A stretch of DNA of 64,000 nucleotides, from contig CM082584.2 in the NCBI GenBank assembly GCA_040954595.2, positions 3,131,344 through 3,195,343 on the forward strand, read 5' to 3'. Source of the stretch: Balanoglossus misakiensis (taxonomy: Eukaryota; Animalia; Hemichordata). A program made the translations under genes and the position numbers. A model generated the notes under the pieces. It saw only the letters and a program-made list of their open reading frames with translations, was not told the origin of the DNA and did not search any database. Below are positions 11,401 through 26,400 of this stretch, piece by piece; positions within the stretch are counted from its first letter, which is position 1; every line of letters begins with the position of its first letter.

Positions 11401-14400
11401 ATAAACGGGGTATTGTTGAATATCAAGCTGAAGTGAAGAAGATACTCCTACATACAAGAAACCCAAAGTAAGCCATTCAATGATTCATTATCAGTGATGT
11501 GACACTCCCATATTTTCATCAAGTTCGTGTTCTTATTCTTGTAAGGCAGAGTTTTTTTCTTCCACCGCACACTGCTACTCACAATGGTGACACTGTGGCC
11601 TGTGGATTAAAAGCCCATATTTCTTGACATGGTCATTTCTGTATAAATGAAAGATCTTTTAATATCTCAGCATACAACCATTTATTGGTAAACAACAGTT
11701 CAGTACTAATGCATAACATAGGTACCACACCAACTGCTGTAACCTATGGAGTCCCGTATTACAATAATTCTTGGTATCAGAATACAATACCAATGCAAAT
11801 GAGGACACAGAGTAGAATAATACCAGGGTAATTGGACTCATCCTCAGCATATCAAACATTTTCTGGGCTTCAGTGTCATGTTTGTAAAAAACAACTGGAG
11901 ATAAATTCATTTACAAAATAGTTTCCAAAGTACCACAACAAGCTCAGAGTGTAGATGTTGGCAGCGCAGCATCAGTCATGGCCTGTTCAATATGCAAATG
12001 TCTTCATGATGTAGCAAACCAATTTTAGGGTGTTTGAAAACTAGAAAGTTCTCCTGTATCGCTTCATCAAGGTCGTTCGCAAAAGGTGTCTAATAATAAG
12101 GTTATTCACAAAATACTGAGATTTATATCCCCACTTCACACATCGTACAGTGGAAGTATTGTCAGAGACATGCAGTGTCAAGAACAATACTGAAGCATAC
12201 AATATGCAATGACATAAATTCCTGTATTTTGTGATTAAGTATGTGCTCCTTGAAGAGAATGCATTTTGGCAACAGTGCTTATGTGAGTTGTTTTGATTAC
12301 CACAGTTCCTCAACAAAGTATAAGTGACCATAATAAATGCATCTCGTGCCCCTGTGGAAATTTGTGCTTTTTCAGGTATATCTTCTGTACTAAGACTCTT
12401 TTTGGAGATGCTGGAGAGATCATTGTGGAGGAACTCTTACAGAATGGACGGATGCTGATGAGTGCAGCAATTCATAAAGTCACTGAAAGACTTAATGAAG
12501 TCATAGCAGGTATTGCAGTTGCTCTTTCTATTTTGTGCCACAAAGGGGCACTTTATAGTGAACACCTATTGCCTGGCCATGAGGGCCATAGCAGCCGTTT
12601 ATTACCCACGAGGGGCTGTGAGTTACCAGAATCATATGCTCGGGAAATAGCATATGATTCTGGTAACTCACAGCCACGAGGGGGTAAAAATGGCTGCTAT
12701 GGCCCGAATATAGGCCAGGCTATAGGTGTTTTATAATAAACCTCATGCTAACAGCTGGGAAAATCTTGCAATTTTCTCTTGAGGCTGGCAGACGACATCT
12801 TCAGGGGTGGCCATTGTGTCATACGAAGCGACTGTGATTGACGTGACCGAGTCTGCGCACTCACGCTGGTCACGTGACAGGTTTATATTTTTTCTGCTAT
12901 TTCCCTAGAGGGGTTCATAGTCGATTCTATTTTCCTATCACGTGACGAATTAGCATGAGGTATATTATAATGCAACATATGTCTTGTAATGATAACATTA
13001 TTTTACATCTGACACCTTTTGATGGTTGTCCATGCATGTTTACAAAAGCTTTTCTGCTGTTTTCTGATGTTAAAGTGTGATCTCAGTCAACCATTTAAAG
13101 CTCAATGCATAGAGTTAATCTTCTCAACATATCCTATGAGTGCACAAGCGGCAATGTTATAGTTTGAAACTTGTATTTACGTCCCGACTTTAAGTCCCGA
13201 ATAGTTGGCCAGATAGTCAAAAAAGGAAATCATATGAATATTAATATGTGTCAAAGGTTACTTTTCAGCCAATCAGAAAACATATGTTTACTTGATTTAC
13301 TTTAATTTGTTCTTAAAATGCTCTTTAACCCTTTCACCCCCAGTTCTATCTGTAGAGGTCCAACCTTACCATAGAAAACAATGAGTTTGGACTGAACCAT
13401 GTTCGTGAAAGGGTTAAGTGATTTTAGTACATGCTTATTTCTAATATTAATATTTTCTATGTAGAATTTGTTTTGCAAGTTGCTTGCAATCAACTAATTG
13501 TTCTGTCAATATTCCCAGATAATGATAAAATTGAAGAGAGCTTTGTGAGGGACAAGTTCATTGACTTGGTGAACACTCACTTTGTTCAAAGAATTGCAAA
13601 TCTACCTGTGGATAGTGGATCCAGCCAATCACCATTGCCAGACTTGGATATCAGTGAAAAAGATTTGTATGAAATACCAATGTGCATGATGGAAGGAGGT
13701 AAGAGTTTCATTACTCAAAAGTTAGAATATTGTCATTTTCCTGATATTTATATATTTTGTTTATCAATGAATGTTAAAACCAAATATGAAGAGTGTTCCT
13801 GTGCTACTTTTCCAGTTGGGGGGGGGGGGTCTCAAATTTTGTGGAAAATGCATTTTTCCTGCACTCCTAATGCTATGGTTTTCCTGTGGTGAAAATATCT
13901 GTGATGACATAGTGTTTTCTTTACATCATTTAATAATACACATCTTTTGGCAACTTTTGTGAACATTTCAAGAAAATGACAAAATTTTAACACTGTGTAA
14001 CACTGTTATTTTCAAATTCTACATGTAAGGCTATGGAATTAGAAAACCACGCACTGTATCTGGGTAGTCATCTACTTAAGTGATTAAGTTTTAAATAATC
14101 CCATACATGCTTTTAATTATGTCTATAATATGAAATAGTTTGATCTGCTGTATCTACATGCATGTATATAAGGTTTCGCCAAAATGTTTGCATCCCAAGC
14201 TTGATGTTTACACTTCAGTAAACCAACATATACATGTAGCAAATCACTTTGCTGGGTAAATTTGCGATATTCGTGAATGAATAAAGGTGTTTTAGCGAAT
14301 TTTGTTGTTGAAACATCGTCTGTGCTGTGATTTTCTGCATAGATTTTACACTGGTACTGGTACTTTTAATACTCAACTCCCAACCTGATACTTTGACTAC

Positions 14401-17400
14401 ATGTACAGCCGACTTCTCTTTGTTTGCTGATTTCTCCTTGTGAGCCAACGACCAATTAGGATTATATGTAGATTGCCACAAAATCTATCCTCCTCTCTGG
14501 TTTCATATGTCCTTCAGTAGTCAGGGAGATGTGCTGTTTCGATCACTCGGGTGACATGATCCCAGACACCTTGCGAGGTTGATCAGTATACACATGATGA
14601 CTGACAATGAGGGCCTCAGTGTATTTTGATGACCGAGGGTGCTGCTAGTCACAACTAAAACAGTCTTGTTTTCCCGATGGCATAGCCCGAGGGAAAACAG
14701 ACTGTTTTGGTGTGACTGGCAGTCCCGAGGAAATAAAAAATACACTGTTGCCCGAATATATCAGTCATCATGTGTTTTATAACACACCAAACACGACACA
14801 CTCCATATCCAGGCAACAGTACCGGGCAGAAACTGATCGAACTGATGCCCCAGGGAACAGTTCAAAATGACTAAGGTCACGTGACGTCGTAGTGACGAAT
14901 CACGATCGAGGGTTCGCTGCATGGTGTGTTCTAACATTGTCTGCCTCATATACAACATGGCAGTTGTCGACAAACATGCATGGTATGTTACAGGGTGACG
15001 ATCATCTTATGCACAAGTGCCAAACCAGAGATTATGGTTACAAAAATTGTATACAGTCAATGCCATAAGGCAGTGTGATGTCCTAAAAACAGACAAGATG
15101 GCGGCGACCATAGTCTGTGTCGGAGATCGGGAAAAGACAGAAAATTGGGTGAAAAGAAGGGACACAACAATGGAACTTTTGGCTTTGCTCAGAACTTTTT
15201 AAAGGGACAAAGTCTCTCTCTCGCTGCCCTTTTTCTATGTTTTATGCAAGACACCGCTTATGTTATTCTACATGTGGATGTATAGTGAATCAACAATCGA
15301 CCACACACAACTTCTATCCCGTTTGTAGGATATCAGAGTAAAAATCTTGCCAAAATGAATAAATGGTAGAGAGCGATTATTCATTTTGATGGATTTTTCA
15401 CTCGTGAGTCTACAAGCCGGCTTGAAGGTGTGTGTGGTTGAAAGTTAATTCACTATATATCCACATGTAGAATAATATGGACAGTGTCTTCTTTCGAACA
15501 TAATTAATGGAAAAATGGCAGCGAGAGAGAGACTTTGTCCCTTTAATTAGGAAACATATTCAGCTGTGAGAACATATATGCTGCTTTAAACACTCATTCT
15601 TCAGATCTCAAAAAGTTCTGAAAGTGGGTAGGGAAACCTTCTTCCACATCTGCCCACTTTGGACAGGCGTTAGAAACTTTCTTTTTTTTTGGGGGGGGGG
15701 GGGGACAATAATTTCAATCAACTGTTGAACTCAGCAACACCCCCGGCATAGAACACTTGACGTACTGAAGAATATTTATCACAGGGATGTGGAACTTGAA
15801 TCTGACCCAAATCCTATCAGTGCATCTACAGTTTGATTAAATTTTATAATTTTAACGAAATCCTATATTTCTATAGGTCAATCTCAAACCCACAAAAGGA
15901 AACGATCAATAGATGAAGAAGTTAAGCAGCGGACCAAACGACAAAGAACCGATTCAACAATGTCTGAGGACTTTGGTGAGGTAAGACCTGTTAATTGAGT
16001 TAAAGCCCTAATAGCTGCCTGTTTTTGCATTTGTTTTCATGATTTTCCTTTCAAAATTGGTCCATTTAATTGAGCTAGCTGGTGGGTATACAGACAAACT
16101 ATCGACCTCAGATTATTAAGGCTGTATATTTAAATATGAACAAGTTAAATAATAAAGGGGTGACACACCTGTTTATTTGGCTGCCCACTGCAAGAGTACA
16201 CGACTATCTTGGTATGTGCTCATGGGTATTGAAATCTCCACAAATGCAAAATAGTATAGTCTATGGGGTAAAGATAAGAATATTGGTATACTTTAGTATC
16301 ATTAAAAATATGCTAAATGTGGCAACTTTTGGGGCTTTATTGTATGAGGATATAGGCCAAAAAAGATAACAGAGCTTACGTCAGGTAAGACCTCACTCTC
16401 TGTCAAGTGTATACAGATGAAAGGTATGTGAATTGAAAAATCCACCGGGAAATATTTTATATCCAGCTGTGTCATAATGTACTCAAGTACTCATTGTGAA
16501 TGCAGAAGCCAAACTCTAAGAGCACTCCGTTGTTTGAGAAGGGGTTGAGTCTGCTAAACAAGTCATGTACTTGTATGTACAGGTCCTAAAAGTACAATAT
16601 GGGATCACAAAGTGTGACTCCCTGTTTTCCCGGAATGCAGTCTGAGACTGGTCCTGGTTTTCATGTCAATGCATGTGCTCAAGTCCACTTTTTATCCTCA
16701 GACTTCAGTGGATTCTAGGGCTCAGCCGATCACAAAGACTGTTGAACCAGTCAGGGGAATTACAAGTAGACTTGCACTATAATAGATTATACGCGTCCTT
16801 ACAGCTATCACACAATGTACGAACCTATTTTTGCTTGTGCTAAGCCTCTATAAAAATATCCAGTCACATGAAGTGAGGCATAAAACGTGGTTTGTTGATA
16901 TTTTGGTTATGAATGTTTGTGGGCCTTCAATCAATCATTTATCAGATGCAATCGTCCGCAGTGCCCAAAATACTTACGATACATGTTGTTATTTCGTAAT
17001 CACACCGATCGAACACTGATACCTCGTGTGGATGCATGCACCTTGTCGTTTGTCGACGGTTTTGTGAATTAAACACCAATTTCAAGGGAAATGCTCGTAG
17101 TTATGTATCCCACAATCAGCGAAAATAGAGCCCAACCGTGAAAAAAAGATTCATGTGGAACAAAAACTCATATTTCCTTCCTCTGACTTCTGTAAGAACG
17201 GCGATTAACCACGCAGAATTACCCCTCATGTGTGTATTGTAATCACATGGGTCAGTCTCTGACACAAGGATACCAATGCCCCTTTCTTGACATATAAAAA
17301 TTCAGATATTTATTTACAACTAACTTGGATGTAATGAATAAATTTTGAGCAATTAAGTGTGGAGCCTGCAGGCCTTTCTTGGCAGGAGATTGACGCATGT

Positions 17401-20400
17401 TGTTTACGTTACCATGGCGCCATAGAAGTAGTAACGCTATTTAGCATAACACGTGCACTAAATTACACCCACTGGTTGGTGTATTCACAAGTTCATAACA
17501 TTTTGGGGTCATTAGTCGCAGACTGAAAGTCATTGAGATATTACGGTTTTCTTGTCATTTGCTTGAGGTTTGTTAGTCAGAGCCTATCGTCTGGGAATCT
17601 GCAGGTTTCGCTGCTTGCTGAATGTGTGCATATATTGCATCTAAACCATTTTTAGCAACCATGATCTGTCAAATTTTGGTCAATTCCATAGGTATCGCCC
17701 TGCAATTTGCAGCGGGCTGGTGATTTCAAGTGTTGTTGTCTTTTTCCGTGTTAATTTTTGTAAAATTTTCTTGTGGGTTTTTGGATTTGACACAGCGAGT
17801 AAGATAATTAAATGTCAGCTTTGTTAAAAGCTCAGCTCGCTGGATATTTTACGTGTTGGACACTTGTAATTTTTGTTTAACACCCGTAATTTTCTGGACA
17901 CTCGAGAACGTTGTCAGCCATTTTGAATACTTAATGAGTGATAATAGACACGCCCACTTTGCGCTCGTCTTAAATAGAGACTTTCCCTGCATAATATACC
18001 AGAGCCTTCTTTTCCCCGAGTGGAAATTGATGGCTCTGGTTCACGAGAATGAGACAATGCTGTTAACCAAACACCAGTGACACAAATAAAATGTTTGGCT
18101 ATTTACTTTTGCCTATCAATGTATGAGGGTGTCTTGGAAGTATTGTCACTGTTAAACCATCATGTGGTTATTTTCTGCCTCCAGGTTGCTGCAGATAATG
18201 GTATCTACTGGTCAGTCAATCATGAGAGATTCCATCAACACATCCGTGATCAGATTGTCATTGAAGCTGTAGCTGCAAGAGTAGATAAAGTGAGTCATCA
18301 TTTGACATGTTCATCCCCATTTAGCTGTGGTTTAATCTGTCTGAGTAGTGAAAACAATATGAATTTTTCAACATTCAGAGATTATGGGGGTGGTGGGCAT
18401 TTCAATCTCAGTGGGTTGTACCAGTCAGATGTGATATTGTGACTACATGGTGAAAGTTATGATTTCATAAAAAAAATCTGTCTGGTACAAGAAATTCTTT
18501 TAGCATGTAACAAATTAAAAACATTTGATTACCGTAAAAGTATTGCTCGGATTAACATTTAATTACAGACTAAAGTCGGGAAAATTTCTACTTGATTTTT
18601 ATTGGTCTTCTTGCGCATTAGTTCAGGTTTCTCAAGATGTTTCTATAAATGTATTTAAAATAAGGAGCTTAACATCTCCTACACCAGTTCTTTTCGAACT
18701 TTTTGGCGGCCAATTTTTCATGCTAATTATCTCAAATTTCTCAATACTGACAGAGCTCATATGACCATTTCTTTCACTCTGGTGATCTATGCAAGCAGAA
18801 TCCGTTTTAAAAACTCTGAACACACTAATACCAGGTTCGTCACAAAAAGCGGACTTGGCAGCCGGCCTATACATTGATAACTTGAAATCATTTGGCGGCC
18901 ATTTTTTATGCTAAAAATCTCAAATTGCTCAACACTGACGGAGCTACAGTAACCATGTCTTTCACTCTGGTGATCTATGCAAGCAGAACCCGCTTTAAAA
19001 ACTCTGAAGACACTAATACAAGGTTAAAATCCGCTTTTTTTTAAGATAATGATGCAGTGAATGAAATAAGAGAACGCGAAAATTAATAGTCGCGTAACAG
19101 TGGCCTCTCTCGATATCGATATCGATATCTCTCGATAGCGTAAAAAAGTTTAACTCGCAAAAATAAAGTGTTTTGCAGTATAGTGAATCAACATTCAACC
19201 AAACACAACTTCCATCCTGTTTGTAGGATATGAGAGTAAAATCTAGCCAAAGTGAGTAAACAGTAGAGACCGATTATTCACTTTTAGTCTCGTGTCTACA
19301 AGCGGAAGGGATGGTGTGTGTGGTCGAACATTGATTCACTATATATCCATGTGTAAAATAACACAAACAGTGTCTTGTATCAAACATAATGGAAAAAGGG
19401 AAGGGACAAAAGAGACTTTCTACCTTTATGCCAGAGAGAAAAAAATCTTGTTCATCGGATTTTTTTTAGGCCAAAGGTAAATGCGGTTCTCTGGCATATT
19501 TGCACAGATGTAGACATTGTGAGACTAATAGAATCTCACACTCCCAATGACCTGGGATCCTATTTCTCACACGAGTTGGGGATTTTTTGTCCCAAACAAG
19601 CCTATTATTCCCTTTTTAGCAGAAATATCTCAGACAAAAACACTGATACATGTACTTGTAACTGAATTCAATACTATATTTCCCAACAATAACATAGGCA
19701 ATTACATTTACGGTTGGTGTTTGCACGACATATTTTGAGTATTTCAACAGGCTCTCAGAATGAAATGAAATGCACGGCAAATCACTGAAATCCAACAATT
19801 TAGTATTGTCCTTTATAGGGACAAAGTCTCTCTCTGACTGTCCATTTTTCCACTTACTACCCATTTCAAAATACCTTGGAAATTCTTTGTGTTCGAGTGT
19901 TACAATAAATTTGCGCTTGAACGGACTGCGTTCCTTCCGATGGGTTCTTGCCGATTGCCGCACGCCGGCGGGTATGAAAGTGTAGGCTAAGACGTCGATC
20001 CACCGGCCGGCAGCACCGCTCCCAACATGACCAGCTCCACGCCACTTTGAGCTGCACCGCGGTCGGATATCCCACCCCGGCTGCCAGACAGCATATGAAG
20101 GTGTCTGAGGCATTTTCTAGTCAAAGTGTACACGTTTAAAACTTTGGGGTTTTCGGAATGGAAATAGCGGAACAAGAACATGGATTTATACTAATCATGA
20201 ACGCCAAACAAACGTTGAAAAAGCCAGATCTGAAAAAAAATCCGCTGTGCGCGATGACGCGCCGACGTTATTTTTCGATCGCTGCAAGGTTAGCGTCGGC
20301 CTCGCACGCCCGAATTTGCCACAAAACTATCAGTCCATACAGCGATGCGGTTCAAACTCTTCCGTTGTATTTCATTTCAACAACACAAATTCAGAATACA

Positions 20401-23400
20401 ACACGGCAGTTTGGTACGTCGTCTGTATCCTACACCACTAATTCTCATCTCAATCGTCTCTCTTCGCAATACGTCGATTCTCTAAAAGAAAGTTCAACAT
20501 ACGGGATACACTGCAACCCGCGGAACTAGCAATTCACGTCTCTGCTTCAGAGGAATATACCGACATGAAGTGGGGGAACGCAGTCCGTTCAAGCGTAAAT
20601 GTCCCGGTCAGAAGGTAACTACGAGCTTCGTAGAGCAGCATTCGACACGCTAAACAACTCTCGTCGTTTGCAACACGCCATTTTTTTCCAAGTCCACGTT
20701 TTGTCGGAAAAACGATTTCTGACGGTTCGACAGACGGTGGGTATAGACACGTCTGCTTGCGAAAATTCCGCCAATTTTGTTGAATTCATTACGTTACCAC
20801 TCCATTAAAAACTAGAGGCAGCCAACCCCCCCTTTTTATCTCAGGTAATGTACACACAAGGCAGATAAGTCCCCCATAAACCTGACTTCCTATCAGGTGT
20901 TTGCTGATAAAATGCCAAATTTAAATCAAGATTACTTTCAGCATGGGACTACTTTTGATGCAAGATTACTACGCTCACATATGAGGTATCCCACGGCATA
21001 TATTTGGGTATAAGTAGCATAACCACGAATTTGTCAACAAATTATTATTATCACAAACAGTTGTATAGTGCATAATATTACTGTTTTACAAGTAGTTTAA
21101 GCATCTACTCTTTTATTTCAAACCAAAATAATCCTGCTCATGAATACTCTGTAAAGGTAATCAGTCTGAGCAGGGGAATTAATCTTGACCTTGCACTTTA
21201 CTACAACGTAATCTGTGATTGTTTTGTTTACACAGGCACTGATAAGGCAACCCCCTCAGACCCGAGTTAGGCCTGCTAACTCGGGTTTTAGTTTTAATGG
21301 AGTGGTAACGTAATGTTCTTCATATGAAATCGAAGGAGTTTGTCGTTTTAAATACTCAATATATTGCTCTTCATCATTAGGAAGTTTCCTTGGTTGTCAG
21401 TGCAAAACATCCTCATACAAGGTTCAGAGTAGACTACAGACAATCTCACAGTGGGATTACGAACGTTTGAAACGGTAACTTTGTTGCAAAATAAACACAG
21501 TGCGGTCGTTTTTTCTTATCATGGGAGACGTTTATTGTAACAATCGAACACAAAGAATTTCCAAGGTATTTTGAAATGGGTAGTATTATGTTTGATACAA
21601 GACACTGTTTGTGATATTCTACATACATGTGTATATATAGTGAATAAATGTTCAGCCACACACACCTTCCATCCTGCTTGTCGACAAATTTTGCTGTATA
21701 CATTGTATTATGAGAGCCATTGATTTCTCTTCCTACACAATAGATTGCAGGGGAAGTTGTACGGACAATGCTACGCATCAGTGAAGTGACTACAGACCCA
21801 AAGGCCTTGCTCACAACACCAATGTCTAGCCATGAAATCTATGCAGCTTTGCCCAAAGAACTCAAGTTTCCAAGGTCTACATTCGATCAGTATCTGAAGT
21901 TGCTTGCTGATGATCAGGTACTTGATTACTCTTGGTATAAATGTTGTATAAAAGCCTCTAATAGCTGCCTTTTTTCAATATTTTAATGATTTTATGAAAC
22001 TAAAATTGTTCAAGTCTGCTCAAACACAGTGAATCAGTGTTAATTTGAGTAGAACAAGAAATCACAGTTTACCAACTAGAGAAAAATTATGAAAAGCAGC
22101 CAAAAGCTATTGATTCTTTAGTGGTAAGATGTTTCTATTTGATAGTGTGCAGTTTGTGTTTTATCATCTTGAATTTTGAAGTTGAAGTTTTCTGCCTCTC
22201 ATTTTAATTTTAATTTTCAGATGGAGATTGTCAACAAATGTGGAGAGAGTGGTGGTGGAATGTATGCCATAAGTATCCTTTGTGATATCAGAAATAAAAT
22301 GGTGGTGAAAATTTGCTGTCTTTTTATGCCCCATGAGCTGTTACTTTGTACAATATATGTCATGATTTGACTTTCAACCTTAGATCCTTTTAAAGCTCCA
22401 TCTATAGCTGTGACTGTCTGCTGTGTCTCCATTTTGATGTTATATGTTTGATTTGTGTAGCTACTGCAATTTCTTGTTCAAATTCTTGAAACATTATGAA
22501 ATGCCCAATATTCAGCCTATTAAGGTGGCATTGCATGAAAAGTTGTCTTCCTACTTCCACAGTAAAACATAAAATGAATTGTATAGTTCCTGACACATAC
22601 TCAGATATTTATAAGGCAATCAAGGTACTATGCACTGCTCATGTGGAGTCTGTTGTACAAGAAAGATTTGGATCAAAATGTTTCAGGATCTTCAGATTGT
22701 TATTACTCAAGAAGCATTTGGAACAAAAACAGGTGAGAATAGCATTTTTGAAAAAAAAATCAAATGGTGCATATTTTGATACATGTAATATTATGAGGTA
22801 CAGTCACTGTGAAAATTCCATGTATCAATTTTGACTATTGCCCAAGCACTCACTTAAGTGCATTACAAAATTGTCATATGGCAGGTTTGCTGAAGTCCAC
22901 AAGCTAAAGAATGTGATAATTTATTTATTTACAACTAAAATTGGATGATTTATGCACACTAAATTAGTACAAGAAAACACTGGAAAATTTCACTATAAAT
23001 TAGGATTGGCCTTTTCCTGAGAAGGGGCTCTTACATGAGAAATATGATAATTTCTGAAAGGCACGTAAGCTGTAACTTTTGGGATAATTTTCATAATTTT
23101 TGTTTCAAACTGCACTACCGATAGTCCATGCAGATGAAGGCAGTGAACTATACACAAGCATTATAAACCCTTAATATGAGTGCATATGCAAGTTTTAACC
23201 AGATAAATATTAAACCTTTGCCGCAAGCAAATATGGCCGCCACCGTGGGAAAATGCAAGAAACAATGAAAATGTTGCATTTCCGGTTATGAAACTTTATA
23301 AACAAAACATGATCTCATCCACTTGAGCTCATGGAAGTAAATGTACACCACTGAAACATCAGATTTTCATTTTTCATTGCAATATTGCACTTTTTGTAAA

Positions 23401-26400
23401 ATTGCAGGAATTTTCGTTTTCTTTAATTTTTGGCCATTTTGTCATAAATAAAAGTTGAGCTCGATATATTATCATGAAATAGCATTTAATAGACATAATT
23501 AAAAGCATATATGAGATTATTTAAAACTTTAATTTTTTTATCCAGTTGCAGCTTACGTGCCTTGAACAGGAAGTCCAGTAAATTTCTAAGAAGTGGAAAT
23601 GCTAACAGACATCTCTTCGCTGGTTGTGTGATTGCTAACATGGAAATATTTTTGTCGCCATTTTATGGCTATCATATTGTGTCTTTTACTGGTAATTGTC
23701 ACAAACATTTTGCGATTTTGTGACACAAAGTCCAATCCCAGCATGGAGGTCTTAACTTGAATGCAAACTTTTTACCGTTTGATGTTGAAATTTTGTTGTC
23801 ACATTCCATAGCCAGTAAGGTAGATTGATAGATAGATAGATAGCCTTACATGTAAAATTTTGAGAAAACAGTGTTACAATATTGTCACTTTCTTGAAATT
23901 TTCGCAATAGGTGCCAAAAAAAGGAGTAGTACTAATTGTTATAAAGAAAACCCTATGCCACCGCACTTGATTTTCTGATAGAGCCCTTCAGATATTGTCA
24001 CCATAGGAAAACTCTAGCATTAATAGCAGTGTGAGGAATGTGCTGACTCGGCATTTTCCAGTCTTTGAGACCCCCTAGCAGGAAAAAGCATGGGAACACC
24101 CGTTTTCCGTCTATATTTGGTTTTTACAATATTACAATATTCTAAGGTGTCTGTGTCATCTAATTATAATACACGCAAATCATTGGTAGCAGTACTAATT
24201 AAGGTGGCATTGCATGAAAACTTGTGATTTTTTCCAAATTTTACTTTTTTACATAAATCGGTAGGCCTAATACTGACCCACATCCTGACTAATACGCCTT
24301 GGCGGAAATGGTGCATAATCACCCTAAAATTGCACTTTTCTGAATGAGTTCACAGCTTAACAAATAGGTGTCAACGATGCAAATGGCCGTTTTTCTCAGT
24401 TTGCATTTTCGCTGCTCTTGACAACTTCAGACGAAAATAGCTTTGCTCTGCGTTGGCCGAATTTGCTCAAATTTTAACTGGAGATTGTGTATGACCCATC
24501 CAACAAAACGGTATTTTTGTTAGTCGATAAAGTGTCCCTGGCGGGAATAAACTCTGATTCAATACAACTCACCGTGAATTTGATCAAATTTTACTAAAAA
24601 TCTAACTTTCAAACGCTGTTACTCCTCAATGGAAGCAGATAACGCAAAACAAAATTACCGTTTTTTTGCACGTGTACTCTCGTTTCGAATGACATATTAA
24701 GATGCATGATGCATGGTCAACTTTTTTACCTAATTTAAATTTAATGACATAATATCAAAAATGGTTTTTTTCACCCAAAATCGCCACCATTTCCGGGGAT
24801 CAATAATATTTGCAACTCAAACAAAAGTTCAAAAACTCGGCTTCCAGAATATATATGGTTTATGGGGGTTTTAACATTGTCTTTGATGAGAAATAGGCCT
24901 CTGAAAAATTCTCCATGGTTTCATGCAATGCCACCTTAACCTACAAATGAGAAAAATGCAATGAGGAAGTACTCAAACATTTTGTACATTTTCTACTAAT
25001 TTGCCAGGTTGAGGAATTTGCCATGATACCAGCCAAAGAAGCAAAGGAACTGCTGTACAGCATGTTTTCAGAGCACATTGTGGCGCTGCAGGAAATCCCA
25101 CGCACACCAGACCATGCTCCATCCAGAACCATTTATTTGTTTTCTGTCAATTTGAATGAAGTAAGCAGGATGCTGTTGGAAAGATGTTACAAAGCTCAGA
25201 TGAATATGATAGCCAGGAGAGATCGTGACAATAATGAAAACAAGTAAGTAACAAAAATAGCGTCAATGACACTGTGGTCCCATTTGAGGATTACGCAGAA
25301 ATAGGGATACACCAGAATAAAAATTACAGGTGACATTGCAAGCAGATATGATGTAATCATATAGAAATATTGAATGAAAAATAATTAACAAGAAACTGTC
25401 ATGTGTCATGGCAGTCTTATAAGTGTACTAGAAAAATTTATTTTTGACCAGAATTGTCTGTACACATATGGCAAGCAACTTCATTCAGTCAGCCCTGGAA
25501 CAGACAGACACACACACACACTGACCTGCCACTTGTAATTAAAAATTTATTAGCTGGTGGTCTCTGTAACACCTGGCCTATTACAGTTATGTAAACATGT
25601 CTAAGTTGGGGGTAACAACTTGTAAACCATAACTTTCAAAACAACTGGACAATTTGTTTATGAGAAGATTGTCTAACCAAAAACAAAGAAACTTAGAAAC
25701 AAAAATTCGCCAAATATTGAAGGTTTCTGATAGCAGAATTGAATAAAAGTAGCACATATACATGTATGTGTTATGAAATTGTATCCTAAATTTCAAAGCA
25801 ATCAGAGAAAAAAAAAATATTGTGAACTCAAGTCTTTCCTCTGCACAGGCGTTATTTATACACATCTAGGTCATGCAGCAAGCGTTTCTGCAGACCCCAG
25901 AGAGATTAGTTTTCATCCCATTTTGTTGTAACACTGCATGTTTCCTGGTTGAAATTGATGCATTCATTAATGTCTGCCTCATCTCTGTCTGTATCTCATT
26001 GTCACCAGGAGACTGCTTGAGAAATCCCAGCGAGTTGAAGCCATCACTGCATCTCTGCAGAGCACCGGTGCTGACGCTGACGAAGCTGCAGAGGTTGAAG
26101 AGATGATAACACCACCAGAGAGAGCCCAGCTGAATAAACTGAAGAATACAGTCAACAAGTAAGTACAGCAGTCCACCATTGAATTGTTTCTGTCATGTTG
26201 TTTGATGCTAATATGTTGTTCACATAGGGATCATTGAAACATTTCTGAAACGTCTCAGCTCAACTAATGGCATCAATTATAGTTCACAAATGGCAAAAAG
26301 TGTAGCTGAAACATTCTACAGTATGTGTCAGTTTGTGTTCTGTTCGGTACAGATTTGTTTCTTTTCTGTGTGGATTTTATACTGTTCAGTATGGATCGGC

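Larger units (their letters stand above)
19817..21685. mobile_element. Kolobok-type MITE copy split by a nested insertion
   Basis: agggacaaagtctctctctg at 19817; the family sequence resumes (ttatgtttgatacaagacac) after 21585. Confidence 0.7.

Noticed and set aside
19616-20808. Cluster of 60-165-aa ORFs, mirrored at 37373-38710
   Set aside because: They lie in two copies of a non-autonomous TIR element, differ by frameshifts between copies and show no protein motifs.
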